A DNA stretch of 64,000 nt from Octopus vulgaris (taxonomy: Eukaryota). The position numbers and the translations under genes were made by a program. Numbering within the stretch: the stretch's first letter is position 1; every line of letters starts with the position of its first letter. Below, piece after piece: positions 27,433 to 41,356 of this stretch. The notes under the pieces are model-generated. The model was given only the letters and a program-made list of their open reading frames with translations. It made no database searches and had not been told where the DNA came from. The stretch is from NCBI GenBank assembly GCA_951406725.2, contig OX597827.1, positions 52,390,001-52,454,000 on the forward strand. Direction: 5' to 3'.

Positions 27433-27601
27433 AGCAGGAGTGGCTGTGTGGTAAGGAGCTTGCTAACCAACCACATGATTCCGGGTTCAGTCCTACTGCG
27501 TGGCATCTTGGGCAAGTGTCTTCTGCTATAGCCCCGGGCCGACCAATGCCTTGTGAGTGGATATGGTAGACGGAAACTGAAAGAAGCCTGTCGTATATAT
27601 G

Positions 27602-27632
<31 letters not shown>

Positions 27633-27835
27633 TTCTATGTCTGTGTTTGTCCCCCTAGCATTGCTTGACAACCGATGCTGGTGTCCCCGTCACTTAGCGG
27701 TTCGGCAAAAGAGACCGATAGAATAAGTACTGGGCTTACAAAGAATAAGTCCCGGGGTCGATTTGCCCGACTAAAGGTGGTGCTCCAGCATGGCCGCAGT
27801 CAAATCACTGAAACAAGTAAAAGAAAAAGAAAAGA
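27433..27835 (+). mobile_element. SINE, same family as 14556-14945
   Basis: High identity to 14556-14945 along its length. Confidence 0.9.
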
Positions 27836-29961
27836 AGAAAATGTGGAGACATTGAGCAACACACTGAAACAGACAGCAAAATATCCATGTACTAAAAGAC
27901 CAACACTACCACTAGCCTTACAGTGATAACGAAGGTGTTGTCTTGGATCACTTTCCACTAGAAGTACATTAACATACAATGCAGTTTACCCAGGAATGGC
28001 AAAATGATGTTTATTATATAAACAGTGGTTTGCTAAGCCCTTTAATCTAACAAAGGTTATATTCCTAAATTGGTATTGCAAGAGCCATAAACTAGTCTCA
28101 ACTATGTTATTAATGTAGGATCTATTTTAAGTCTCCAGGTGTTAGTTTTTTAGTTTAATCATCCTTATCTGTAACTACAACAGCATTTTCTTTTCCAGCT
28201 GCAAGAAATAATGTGCTGAAGATGTTTAGTTTAGAAGGAATGTCCCCCTTCAGCATTTCACTAACTATCAATTGTAGCTGTTTCCTATAATAAAAGATGT
28301 TTATAGAATTATTTGATGACTCAGTAATATGAGGCCATGCTATACCTAAGATGTTATCCTTATGGACAAAAAAAACTGTATCATCCTGCCTTAATGAAAC
28401 ATGTTTGTCACATGTTATCTCTGCCTTTCAAAAAAAAAAAAAGTAAAATGTTGATAGTTGTAAGTTAATAATTTACACGATAAATGTGTAAATAATAATC
28501 ATATACACAACATATAAATTATCTTTATGAATGTGTTCTGTTATATCATTACTCGACATCAAATGTTCACTTGCAATGAATTTCTGTTTCTCAGATCATT
28601 TCCAAGGCAATATATTTTGAAAGAAAGATAAAGCTTGTGTGAACTAGAAATATATGTACATAGTCAAATAAGAATATTACATACACTCAATTGACTGGCC
28701 GAATTCAGTAAATAGACTGGTGAAGAAAAGTTAACAGGAAAATAATCTAGAACCAATCACTTTTGTAACATGCATCACTACACTTTTCACAACAGTTTAG
28801 AAATATTCTTAATTCTGTGTCATACTTGACATTTGAAATAAAATTCTTATGAAAGAAAAAATACACTGAAATTAGATAAAGCAATGAGGTGGAAAGTAAC
28901 ATTGAGAAACCATGAAAATATTAAAATCATTCTCATATATTACATGATAGCATATAAAAAAAATCTCACTATTTGAGGCCTATTTGTGAAATATTATGAC
29001 ATGGTAAACTTCTTAATAAAAGAACCAAACAGTTAATATTGATATATGTTGCAGTCTTAAAATATACACATTTACCTGAAACATAAAAATATTGGACCCA
29101 TTTCAAGAACATTTACTAAGTAAAAAACAAAAAAAATCTCTAACCACAAATAATTCATAGAAGACTATTTACTATTGCAATATAAATACACAAGAAAAAG
29201 ACCAAAGATGTAAAAGAAAATATTTATTAAATTTTTCTTGTTTTCTTTTCATCTTATGCAGCAAATACATTAAATATTAGTAGCAAGAATATAAACTTAG
29301 CAGTAACACTGCATAGTACAACAGTAGAGCATTGTCATAAAACAAATTTGAGAAACAGTATGTGCGTATCTTTACTGAGGAATTCCTGAGACAGTGGTCC
29401 CCAGCTATTGTTATCTTAGCGTCAAACCCTTACATCATTATTAGTAATACATGGAAGGCAATGTAGAAGGGTTAGCCCCTCTAACAAAGGCGTTGCTTAC
29501 AAAAGAAGCTCCTGTTGTGGTTTCAAAAGTTTCAGATAATGAAATAATCAGGTTAATCACCTTAACTTGACTTTAAAACATGTTTATAGAGGTGGAAATA
29601 ATCATTGACCACAAAGGTTATTTAGATACTATTCAGTCAAAGAACACTTCAGTTACATAGAACAGATGCTAAGCTGGATCATAAATACTCATGAAAAACT
29701 CTGGCAATATTAGATAACAGACACTGCTTTAAGAGTCATGTGAACAACACCAGGTCCTAGAACTTCAGTAAATGTCACCAGTGTAGGCAAGGGAAAAAAA
29801 TCATACATCGGAGAATAATGGTTCAATCCGATGGGATTTTAGACTTCACCAAGGCACTAGGTACTGATTTCTTTTTGTCGGGGTAAAGATGCTCATACCA
29901 CAAATATGTCCTCCTTCATGGAATGATACTCCAATAAATGCTGAGAATGGCTGGCAATGTT

Positions 29962-30067
29962 TTAGAAATTTGGTATCACGGCAACAACAACTACAAATCC
30001 CATGAAAATGAAGAAGAGGATCAATGGAGTAAGGATGCTCCAAACTGGCCAAAGACCAATTGTGACA
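29962..30067 (-). CDS. TMEM128: TMEM128 last coding exon (VTIGLWPVWSILTPLILFFIFMGFVVVVAVIPNF*)
   Basis: TTTCAG acceptor, in frame with exon 3, TAA stop; matches the TMEM128 C-terminus [21 protein letters not shown]. Confidence 0.93.
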
Positions 30068-32428
30068 CTGAAATAGATATAATGAAAGAAACAAATAAAC
30101 ATAAAAATGATTGAAAAATATCCCTTTAATCAGTGTGCAAATATTCAAAGCAATCATTAAAGTAAATAAAACAAGAAATGAACTTATTCTTCTTTGTTGA
30201 TACCTTAGTGCATTTATCATTATATCAACTTCTAGTTGTAGTAAGCTCCTATAGCTTCATCATAGATTTTGAATTCTACACAATATATTGCATTCCTTTG
30301 CTTTAGACTCTGTTCTTTGAGTTACAGCCAAGATTTGATCAAAATGTTTTTCTTATCATCCAAGACCCATCCAAAAACTTAAACAGTGTATCCAAAGATT
30401 ATCAATTTCTCATTTTTCTCTCTGCAGAAATCTGCTCCAATCATTGAAAACATGCTACAGTTTGTACCTTCCAAAAAAAAAAAGGCTGTAATGAATATAG
30501 AGGTGATTTGTATTGGTGATAGGCTTAGGGAAGGCTGTGTAGGGCAATAAGATATGGTACTGAAATAAATTGACAGAGGGAAAAATAACTTATCACAGAT
30601 TTATTCAGCCATACTGGTTTGTCTTCCACAACTTCAAGTTAGACATATAATATACAAAAGTCTGTAGCAGTTGGCTATTTTCAAGTGCAAGAAGGATGGT
30701 AATAACAGTGAGGCTCCTGCACCAGAAAAGTTAGTGTGTATCTCAGAGTAGGTGCTAGAAAGTGACAGAAGTAGACTGTCTAAGAATGAAGAAGGAACTG
30801 TCTGAAAATCTCAGAGAGAATTTGAATTTATACCCATTTGAAAGTTAAAAATAGAGGAAGCAAATAGGTTTATCTGAGTTGAATGGAGTTTTACCTCAGA
30901 TGATGAGGATGGTGACAGCTGATTCTCATAGATTTCTGAGTGTGAACTCTTAAGAACAAAGGAAAGAGGCTTGCAGATACATCGAGACTGAGTTGAGGTT
31001 TCAATTCCTGGTTAAGAATCAAGGATCTAATCAGTTCAAGGCAACCGTTCATGCTAGCTATCACATTTCTAAAGAATCAGTACTAAGACTTAGATTTAGA
31101 TACAACTAGATCAAAACCATGATCATTCTGTTGATAGTTCTACATTCTCAATGAGGATTAAATTATTATAGAGCATGGCTAAATGAATGTTCTTAGAATT
31201 AATAAATGTTTTACTTTTCATATAGCAAGAAGGAAATGAAAAACAACAGGCAAGCAACATTATTGGTCAGAGAAATAACACAAATGAGCCAATGGCAGAA
31301 ATCTAATGTTGCATAACCAGCCCACTCAAAAGTACCTTGGATGGTATGGCGACATGCCGTACTTGAGGAGAGCTATTGAATCTAGTACATCAACATCAAC
31401 ATCAAAATCAAAATCAAATCAAATTACAATCAAATGGAAATTGCAGTTGTGACCTCCGTGCAGGTGGCACATAAAAAGCACCATCCGGTCATGGTCGATG
31501 CCAGCTCCTCTGGCCCCTGTGCCAGTGGCACGTAAAAAGCACCCACTCTCAGAGTGGTTGGCATTAGGAAGGGCATCCATCAGCAGAAAATACTGCCAGA
31601 TCAAATTGGGGCCTGGTGCAGCCTCCTGGCTTCCCAGACCTCAGTTGAACTGACCAACCCATGCCAGCATGGAAAACAGATGTTAAACGATGATGATGAT
31701 GATATCTATTGGGCCCTTATACTACAGGAACAGTTTGACCAAGATCAGACTTACCTTCATCTAAGTATACAAATTAATTTTAGAGATTAATTCCATATTT
31801 CTTGGTTTGTTAACAAGGATTTAATTTTCTTTCTAAAAATGAAATTCCAATGAATAAAAGATTTTTTAAAATTATAATATTCAATGTATCAGTCTTTAAT
31901 TTAACTTTCCAAATTTATTCATTAGTCTATTTGAGTTAGTTCCTTCAACTCATTTTATTTCTAACTATGCAAACTATACTGGCTAAAAATTATTTGTAAA
32001 TCTTTTTCTTTTTGTAAAAAATTTGTATTTCCTATCCTCAATGCAGTACATGCTCATCTGAAAAGTTATACAAATGTCTAAAAAGGCCAAGTTGATAGAA
32101 TTCAAACAATTAGCTGATGGGCTGACATATCCTGATACTAGAACTAGAGTTACATCTGTAGATAGCATTTAGCTCTCAATGACCTTATTAATCTAGCACT
32201 GAAATTGAATGTTTCTTTACTGATCATCATATGGTTTTGATTCATTATAGAGGGACTAATAGCACAGCACCGTTTTCTGGTTTATTTCCACCACAATGAA
32301 ATGGACTTGAAAATAAATGAACCAAAAGTACACAAATAAACAAACTAAAGTAAGCAAGAACAAGGAAATCACAAGTTTGTTCTCTGGTTAAATCCTGTGG
32401 ATTGTAAAGTGGAGGATTAAATACTTAC

Positions 32429-32596
32429 CATACAGCTCCAAGGATAAAGGAAGCTGTAGCAGTTGGAATAGCAGCTGGGTACTGTCTTTCCCATTCATCG
32501 GATGATATCTTCTTGATGCAACTAGTCCATAAGATGAGGAAGGCACCAATTGTAATATTCACCCCAATAAGTAAAGCACCAAGATTGAGCCAGAAT
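32429..32596 (-). CDS. TMEM128: TMEM128 coding exon 3 (FWLNLGALLIGVNITIGAFLILWTSCIKKISSDEWERQYPAAIPTATASFILGAV)
   Basis: CAG acceptor, GTAAGT donor, phase 2/2; YPAAIPTATASFI matches the TMEM128 YPALIPITTASFI motif. Confidence 0.93.
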
Positions 32597-33029
32597 CTGT
32601 TGGAAAAGAGAAGAGTACTTCAATACCTCAATGCCATCCTGGTGTCCAAATTAATATCCTATATCTACAGTTGTACAAATACAATGGATCTACATAACTT
32701 TTTACTATCTTCTTTCATATTAATATGACCATTAAGTTTTAATAGCCAGAAATTTCCTGGATATGACATGAACATTACAACTTCGTTGTTTCTTTAACCC
32801 CTTAGTGTTTAAACTGGCCATATCTGGCCAAAATATTCTACCTATTTTATGTTCAAACTAGTCAGATATGGTCATTCATAGCTACCTTATTGTGTCATTT
32901 TAAAAATAAACAATCACATCATTGAAATCTCAAAGCCATGAAATGATGCAAGATTAATTTTACATGGTGTGAATACATAAGTTTTACATTTGACAGAATA
33001 ATCTGAATGCTAAAGGGTTAAGCTGAGGT

Positions 33030-34560
33030 TCCTTGCCAACAGAGCTTCATACTAGTTTCCTATTTCTAAAGGCTATGATTTCTCAGGTAATGTAGTATCG
33101 AGTTTATTTTAGAAAGAAAAAGTTATAATATCAATGCTTGTCACAAACAATTAGAGATGAAAACGAAAGCAGTTCCATCCAGTAGATAGATCTAAGATCC
33201 ATTTATGCGAAAGTGTTATAACCACATTACAGTATTTTCACATTGTACCAAATTGTTTTTCTTCTGTACATGGGAAAAGATTTGTTTTTATTTGTAAAGG
33301 TTGAAAGTGATGGATCCCCAATTGATTTTGATGATGCACATTCAGTTCTTTGATCAACTGCAACTTCTTACTGGTTAAATGTGTAAGCAGCTGAGTTTTC
33401 CAGATATGTGTACTCTTAATGTAATTTGCAGTTTGGATTGGTGTAACACAAAATGTGACAAGGTTTCCATGCAGTACATCCAACAAATTTCTATCTACCC
33501 AATTTCAATTATAATGCTTGGGATGAAGGTCAAAATTATGAATCAGATTATTAAACCCTTTTTTATTTTTTTACAAGTCCAAAATTTCACTAAGAATATA
33601 GATAGGGAAGCTGTTAAAATGGACTACTGGCTGGTTTGTGCCCTGCCACCAGCATTATTTGGTATCCATGATCACTGCAGCTTACCACTGTAAGCAGTAG
33701 AAGCTTTCATTAATGGAATTATTTTTCACACAACTGATGATCTTTTGATGGTGAATGTTCTACAATACTTTAGATAATTGTGGTGAGACAAATATTGTTG
33801 CTCTTGACATACTCAAAGAATTTGACATACTGATCTCCACCACAAGCTTAAGTCATTGAATTTCTGGAAGGATTCTTAAGATTCTTGAAACTTTTCTAGA
33901 CAAATGAAGCATTTAAATAGCCATCATTCTTTTACTTGCTCCAGTTCATCTGGCATCCCTCAAGACTCTGTTCTTGGTCTGATCTTGAAAATTCTGAGCT
34001 CCTTTTCTAGATAATGGCTGGGATGTTATCTGACCTGGTGTCTTGTTTCTTAACATTTTTTAGGTAGTTTTAAATTCTATGGTAACTGGGTCAGTCTGTA
34101 CTGGTAGACTATCTTCTACTTTGTGATTGGAGAGAGGATCATCAGCAAGTTTCATATTGTGTAGCTCTGTGTTACCAAGTTGCAATTTAAAGTGATGAAA
34201 ACACAATGGTTTCCCCACTCAACAATGCAGATCACAAGTTCTCTTGTTGGTAAGTTCCCTAAGAGCTGTCCAGGTAGTGGCATGCTTGTTCTCATTGGGA
34301 GAGAGCTATTGAGTTCATCAGTTTTGGATTGAATGTGTGCTTCTAGTGCCTTCTTGTATGTTTCATCAAGTAGGACTTTAGATGAACCAAGGTTGCTTTC
34401 AATATTCTGACTGGAAGTAGACTGATGTTTCAGGACTGCTTTCTTCAATCCTGCAGGCCTTTGTTACCTTTTTACTAGAAGCAAAAGTTTGTGTTCTCTT
34501 TCTCTTGAGAGCAATTCCAGCGTGATATCTGTTGGCAATGGTCAGAGTGTCATATATAGC
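33030..34560 (-). mobile_element. Highly degraded LINE ORF2 remnant in TMEM128 intron 2
   Basis: Weak RT-like remnants such as DVLHGNLVTF (compare GVLQGDTLAPF); many stops. Confidence 0.45.
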
Positions 34561-34673
34561 ACTGCAATTTTTGTCAAGTCAGTCACAAAGAGATAATCCT
34601 GTTGTATACAGCAACTATAAAGTCCTTGCATAGTAAAAGTAATACAGTTAAACGATTAGTATCCACCACTTAC

Positions 34674-34857
34674 CTGTTTATTCGTGTGTCATATAGTAAT
34701 GCTGGATAGAAGTCAGTGTAGTAAAATGTTGCCATAGCTGTAAGCAACCACATAACATTCCAGATGGAATATGGAGATTTTTTCTCTGTGCTCTCTTTAT
34801 ACTTTTTATCTAATTGTCTCTGTGCCTCTTCAGGTAGGAACTGTGAAGCCAGGGAAC
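34674..34857 (-). CDS. TMEM128: TMEM128 coding exon 2 (SLASQFLPEEAQRQLDKK...IWNVMWLLTAMATFYYTDFYPALLYDTRIN)
   Basis: Pyrimidine tract + TAG acceptor, GTAAGT donor, 184 nt open; resembles the FWILASIVVTYYVDFF region of TMEM128 as I recall it. Confidence 0.9.
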
Positions 34858-36593
34858 CTAGAAAGGAAAGATCTCAGTTCTTTGTAGCATATTTCAACAG
34901 AGTTCCAAAATGTTTGACAAATAGGATCAAAATAGCTAACAGATTAAAATGCTTTTCAGTTTGTATATCAGGAGTTAATATCTTCCACAATCATTTAATT
35001 GGGTGTTTTAATTCTGCATGCCAGAAATAATTTAGCTTTAAAGAAATATGTATAGCATTACCTGGAAATGTTAGATGTGATAAAAGGGAAGCCTCTCCAA
35101 AGAAGGAGTTCCCTAAGAATTCATTTTCATATCCTTCAGTTTACCATATTTGTAAGGTAATAAGCAGATCAGTTACTACTGTGTCTGTGTGTATGTAGTG
35201 GGGAAGATGGAGAAAGACTGAAGTTGATCAGGATAGGAACTGGCTTTGAATCCAACAGTTTGAGGGTAATGGAAGCAGGACCATTAGAATCTATTACCTT
35301 GTTAGCTTCAAGTGACTATGAAGGTTTTTGCTTGTGTAGAACATTAAAAAAATTTGTGTCTGCATGCAATGTAGAGTAAGAAGAAAATTGACCAGCATAT
35401 GTTGGTCTTTTCAATGGGAAGGTTATTTATAGGGCCACTTTATTTGGGAAGCAAGAAATAGGATTCTCAAATTTGCTAGAGACCCCTTTTAGCAAGGTAA
35501 AGAAAATTCTGCAATAATGTACAAGGTGAGAAAACTCACAAGTTGTGCACCTTTTGCTTTTTTGATATTTATATATAGTTTGTATGCTTTGCAAGAGTGG
35601 GTTAATGCCTGACATTTAGTAGTTGTTAGGCTGTTGCACTCATGACTGCTAGATCATGGGTTCAATTTCCTAATTGGGTGGCACATTGCATTCTCGAGCA
35701 AAATACTTTATTTCACATTCCTCCAGTCCCCCTTTCGATCAGGGGGGAATGTTGGCCTGCTCACCTAGCAAACAGGGTGGCATCATTTGAAGGCTAAAGC
35801 AATGCAAAAACACATAGTAACCAGCAATGTATAACAACATCTGATAGCCTGGTCAGTTGTGTGAGTGGATGACTCCCACTAGTGTTCTTTGTCTATGCTA
35901 CTGTTATTTGTGAATCACTTGTGGGTTTTATGATTATGAGCTTTGGTTTTCTGTGGGATGTGAAGAACCTACTAAGGAAAATGGTTTGGGTAACCTGCTC
36001 AGTTACCTGAGATGAATCAGGTGAAGCACATTTGCTTCCAGGGTCAGTCAACAAAGAATTGGCAAAACTCAAACCAGTTGTGACAAGTAGTAGCAAATTT
36101 AAGGACTAGGGTATGTTGTGCAGCAAGAAAAGGTGAAGTGTCTTGCCTTGATTAGGTAGGTAGTGGTCAGATAATTGAATAAGTGCAGATACTGAAGTCT
36201 GGCTTCGGAATTGAGAAAGAGCTGAAAGATATTTGATGTGTCAGTAATTCAGAGATAGAGGGAGATGTTGAAACTGATGCAGACAAATCAGAATGCAAAT
36301 GATTCACCTTCTAGGCTAGCAACATTTGAGTGAGAGCAAAGACAAGTTGTGTGTACATTGAAGTATTAAGGATGATGACTTAGGTGAAGTAATAAAGATA
36401 TTTTCAGTGTAGAATGAGATAATCAAACAAGTGGCAGTGGTTAAAAGAGTTCAAAGAGCAGCAGAATCTCCCTGAGAACTATGTTAATGTTATGCATGTC
36501 TGTGGAGTACTCAGCCACTAGTGAGTACTCCACAATCCCATGGTCATTCATGACTGAAGGAGGTCATTACTCTTTACATATATATCATATATA

Positions 36594-36642
<49 letters not shown>

Positions 36643-37751
36643 ATACAAGCCAGAAATATAGCCTAATGGTACATCAACACTAGGCTCCCACTTCCCTTCC
36701 CAATACATTTTCCTTTTCTCTCGTATTCTTTCAGTTTGTCTTGTGTACACTCTCTTTTTCTGCCTTTTAACTATAGCAAACTTATTTATATATTTGTCTT
36801 GTGATGCTCATTTACCTTTATTTTTTAATGACTTTTTAATGACTTACTTTTCTTAAATTTTTAATTCCTAAAACAACATTTTTCATCTGCTGTTATCTTT
36901 ACAACTACTTACCATGTACAGAGATAAGTTATGTTATTCAGTTTTACTCAGCTTTTACTTGTCTTTAATACTTATATTGTTTTTCATCAATGCTCAGTGA
37001 TATTATCCAACTATTTCCATTAATTTTGAAAAGTCATAACCTCCTGTCCACTTACATTTAAATGTTTATTTGGTGATTTACTAAATAATTATTACTGCAT
37101 CATTTATAAACTCTTATAAAGCATTACACTGTTCTAAAAGTTCATTTCTGTCTGATTATCAGTTACATGAAACTATGAGTAGCAGTTGTTTGTGAAGTTT
37201 CTTTCAATTCAGATTTCATGTCACCCTCACCCACATCTCCCTTGCATCTACCTTTCCACTCATAATGTGGGATAGCACTAGATGCCCCCTCCTCCTATAC
37301 ATCCCACTTCATTACTTTTACCATTCTATCTTCTTTCTCATTAACACTTGACACTAATCCATTCCTCCTTTTGTTTGTGCCTAAATGACCAACAGCAACA
37401 ATAGTATGAATAGTATAAGTAACTACTTTAAATGTTGAAAGAAATATCATTGATCTGAAGCCAATGAGGACTGACTTAACACTAAACATCAAGAACAATA
37501 TGACCATTGTCACCACCAACACCAAAACTAATAGAACCAGCACCAGCTCCACTACCAACCCAACACCTTTTGAATAACTGACTGGCATCAACAATAATAT
37601 TATCAGCATGATGGCAATGTCTGTAGCTATATATATTGCATATCAACACAATGGTGTGCGTGAACAGAGCATGAAATTTTAATGGCTCAAGTCAGAGGTG
37701 TAAGGAGTCAAATACCTATGAATCCAGTAACCCCCTCAATTAACTGTAATC

Positions 37752-39716
37752 ATACAGTACTCCCTCCTACCACATTCCTTCAGCCTTTTATTTTGTTTTA
37801 TTCTTACATCCATAAGCATAAGACACCAATCTTTTGCTGTCATGAAACAGTTTTTACTTGGTACTATTCTTTTACTACATATTTGTTGTGAATAAGTGTT
37901 GATCACCATTGTTATTGGATTTACAATCAAAAATGTAAGGAAAGAAGCCATCAAGTAGAACTGTAGGTAGTAGTGCAAAAAGGAACAGTAAAAGGATTAC
38001 ACTGGTCATTAAGCTTGATGTTTTAAAAAGGCTTGATGCAAATGAAAAAATTCAACCACATTGCCAAAAACATTAAAGCTTGCAATGTCTACAGTAGGAA
38101 AGATATATGACAATAGAGAGAAAGTTAAATCAAGTGCTCAAGTAGCTACTCCATTAACTGCCAAGACATTTTTTTTTACAAAGATCTAACGTGATACTTG
38201 AAATGAAATGGCCCTTACTTGTATGGATTGAGGATCAAAGTTGATGCACTGTGCTGATAAGTACAATGGTAATAAAAAAAAATATAAAAGCCCAAAGTTT
38301 TTATAATGATTTGCAGAAAAAAGGAAAATGAAACTTCTAAAGAGAAATATTTTGTTTAGTAAAAGTTAGTTTGAAAAGTTTAAGAAGCACTTGAATTTGC
38401 ACAACATAAAAATGACAGGTGAACTTGTCAGTGCTACCACTAATTATCCCAAGCAGCTGAAAAATATAATGATTGCTAAAGGGGGCTATATATGAGATTA
38501 AGTATACAATGTTGAAACTACACCTTCCGAGAAGATCATGCTTGCTATTTTTCAAGAAAAATCAACACCAAGATTAAAAGATTCCAGGAAGAAATGCCAT
38601 TGGTAATATGAAATTAAAATTCCTAGTTGTGTATCACTCCAAAGATCCAAGCACATTCCAGGGTTATGTGAAGTTTAATTTGCCTCTGATTTGGCTTTCA
38701 AAGAAGACATGGATGACTGAATGTCTTTTTGAATAGTGATTTACAACCATTTTATAAGGATTGCTCTTTTTAGACAATACATCACTGAACTGAAATGAGC
38801 TTTCTGATAATGTAAGAATAGAATATATACCCAACAGTACAACCACTTTGCTCCAGCCAATGGATCAAAGTGTGACAACTAACTTCAAGGAATATTACCT
38901 GAAATCTTTCAAATAACTTATGAAAACAATTGGTAAGCAGGATAAATCCTGGAAAATGTGGTGGATAACACGGTTCAGTCATGGGATGATGTGAAACCCT
39001 CAACTTTGGATAGTGTTTGGGAAAAATATGTGGCCAGATTGTATCCATGACTTAACAAGTTTTCCACAAGCAGAAAGTCTACTCCAAGTTCAGAAAGACA
39101 TTGTGGCACTTGTAGGGTTTGAAGAAGTCATGGAGAGTGCTGTGGTAGAGTTGCTGGTGTCCCATAGAGAAAGTTTATCTAATGAGGAATTGATACTGCT
39201 AAAGTTAGAACAAGCTGAGAATACAGATAAGAATATGGAAATTCCACCAATTCCACTTAAATTGATGGCAAGGAATAATGCTTATAATACTATAGAGGAA
39301 ATCTGTCAGTTTTTGTTGATAACCTAAATTGTGAATGTAATAAAAATTACAAGAAGGATGAAATCTAAGATAAGAAAATAGAGTCCCTCGGTCTCCTAAT
39401 AACTCACATTCCAGCACCACCACTCTTCACTCAGTAATATACGTCATTTGTGAATGAGAATGTACTCTATTACAATTCTAATTTATTCTTTAACTTATTT
39501 CTCTTCAAATGTTTTTATGTATACATTTTGTATTGTGTATGTTCAGAAATTGCTACTTTTATGCAATAAAGTGGTCGTGTTGCTCGAGTTTTATAGTTTT
39601 GAAAAAATCCATTTGAACACATTATCATTTAATAGCAATAAAACCAGTAAATAAATTATTTTGCATTACAGGATTTTGGGAATGTATTACTCTGGTAATG
39701 CTAGGGATTCTTCAGT
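37752..39716 (+). mobile_element. Degraded Tigger/pogo DNA transposon in TMEM128 intron 1
   Basis: ITLVIKLDVLKRLD, LAMSTVGKIYDNREKVK, LLVWIEDQ, LHNIKMTGE, YIPNSTTTLLQPMDQ: CENP-B-like HTH and DDE_1 motifs with many stops; ends approximate. Confidence 0.85.
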
Positions 39717-40111
39717 GTGTAGGAATATTGGTATATATACACACATACGCACACATATATATACATTCATATATCATCATTTTCATTTAGCATCCGCTTT
39801 CCATGCTAGCATGGGTTGGACGGTTCAACTGGGGTCTGGGAAGCCAGAAGGCTGCACCAGGCCCAGTCTGATCTGGCAATGTTTCTACGGCTGGATGCCC
39901 TTCCTAACGCCAACCACTCCATGAGTGTAATGGGTGCTTTTTACGTGCCAGACGAGGCTGGCAAACGGCCACGATCGGATGGTGCTTTTTACGTGCCACT
40001 GATATATATACACAGGAGTAAGCACATAAATGTGAAACAAGGTGGGAAAAAAAGTACTCAAATACCAGAGGTAGAGTAATATGCTTTATTCAAAAGCAGC
40101 AGAAGTATCAC

Positions 40112-40158
40112 AAAAACTGTTACTCAGAGTTTCACGTTCCTGTTTGTCGGACAGTTTT
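40112..40158 (-). ncRNA. Type I hammerhead-ribozyme-like motif (degenerate core) in a probable Penelope-derived remnant
   Basis: Minus strand AAAACTGT-CCGACAA-AC-aggaac-GT-GAAA-CTC-t-GAG-TA-ACAGTTTT: stems I, II and III all pair, GUA cleavage triplet, core differs from CUGANGA at 2 positions. Confidence 0.7.
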
Positions 40159-40449
40159 GTTAGATTTTGCTACTTTTAAATAAAGTGTGTGTGTGGAGGC
40201 GCGTGGCTTAGTGGTTAGGGTGTCAGCATCATGATCGTAAAAATGTGGTTTCGATTCTTGGACAGGGCAACGCGTTGTGTTCTTGAGCAAAACACTCCAT
40301 TTCACGTTGCTCCAGTTCGCTCAGCTGGCAAAAAATAGTAACGCTGCGATGGGCCCATGAGCACACACACATATATATATATTAGATAGAGAGAGAGAGA
40401 GAGAGAGTGTGTGTGTGTGTACTTCTTTCGGATTTATGCTTTTTACAGA

Positions 40450-40492
<43 letters not shown>

Positions 40493-41259
40493 CATACCTA
40501 AACAAATGGTCCCCCGCCCAGCTTCGTTTCCTCATAACTTTTAGATGGATAATTTTCAATGAAATTGTCAACAAATGGCTTCAGATGGTGTAGGCTCTGA
40601 TTATATCGGAATTCGTTGTGAAAATTTTATCCAAGAGCTGGGGGAGAAGAGTTTCGTAAACATTCATGGGTCGACTTTGTTTCCTCATAACTCTCAGAAA
40701 AAATAGCTATTTTTCAATTACAGATGCCCCTCAAGTGGTTTAGACTACGATTATATCGCCCAGAATAATGTATGCTGTATATACATACTTTTCTACTATT
40801 TTTCTCGGTAGAAGTTACTAAAGTGATTCAAGGGCCGAGTGTTTAAAGCATGGCACGCGAAGTTTGATGAGCGGCATGTACAAAACTCTCAGTCCTTGAG
40901 TTACTTCTGTAATTTTCTGCTGATTAAAAATAATTAAAAAAGAGTTTATTTACTCGGGTACTGAGTTCTATTCCTCCTCTTTGTTCTACCTATCCTCTGT
41001 TTGTGTGTATGTTTGTGTGTGTATGTATGTATACACATACGATCAACGTGTAGATAAATCAGATGAAGACAGAAATCTACAATTAAGAACTCGGCGTTAA
41101 ATACAGAGAAGATATAAATTTATTAAATGTTTCTTTAAGCATAGGCCAACAAGTTTACACACAAACAGGTGTATATATATATATATAATGGTGTGAAAGT
41201 TTAGGTTTACAGTTACGAACAAAAAATAATGATGTCGAGGAAAAGTCAAAATTATTTAC

Positions 41260-41356
41260 CTCGACTCCAATCAACCCCAGAAAGTTTACGAAGATCGCCA
41301 TTCTGGACACGACGACGATACAAATCTGCAGATACAGGTTCCAGGTTGTCAGTCAT
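41260..41356 (-). CDS. TMEM128: TMEM128 coding exon 1 (MTDNLEPVSADLYRRRVQNGDLRKLSGVDWSR, phase 1)
   Basis: ATG at 41356-41354 in a locally CpG-rich region; GTAAAT donor at 41259; the phase-1 G joins GT of the next exon in frame; the RRR motif resembles the N-terminus of vertebrate TMEM128. Confidence 0.75.

Noticed and set aside
28160-28430. Open minus-strand frame downstream of TMEM128 as an extra exon
   Set aside because: No recognisable homology, no convincing splice pair, and TMEM128 is already complete.
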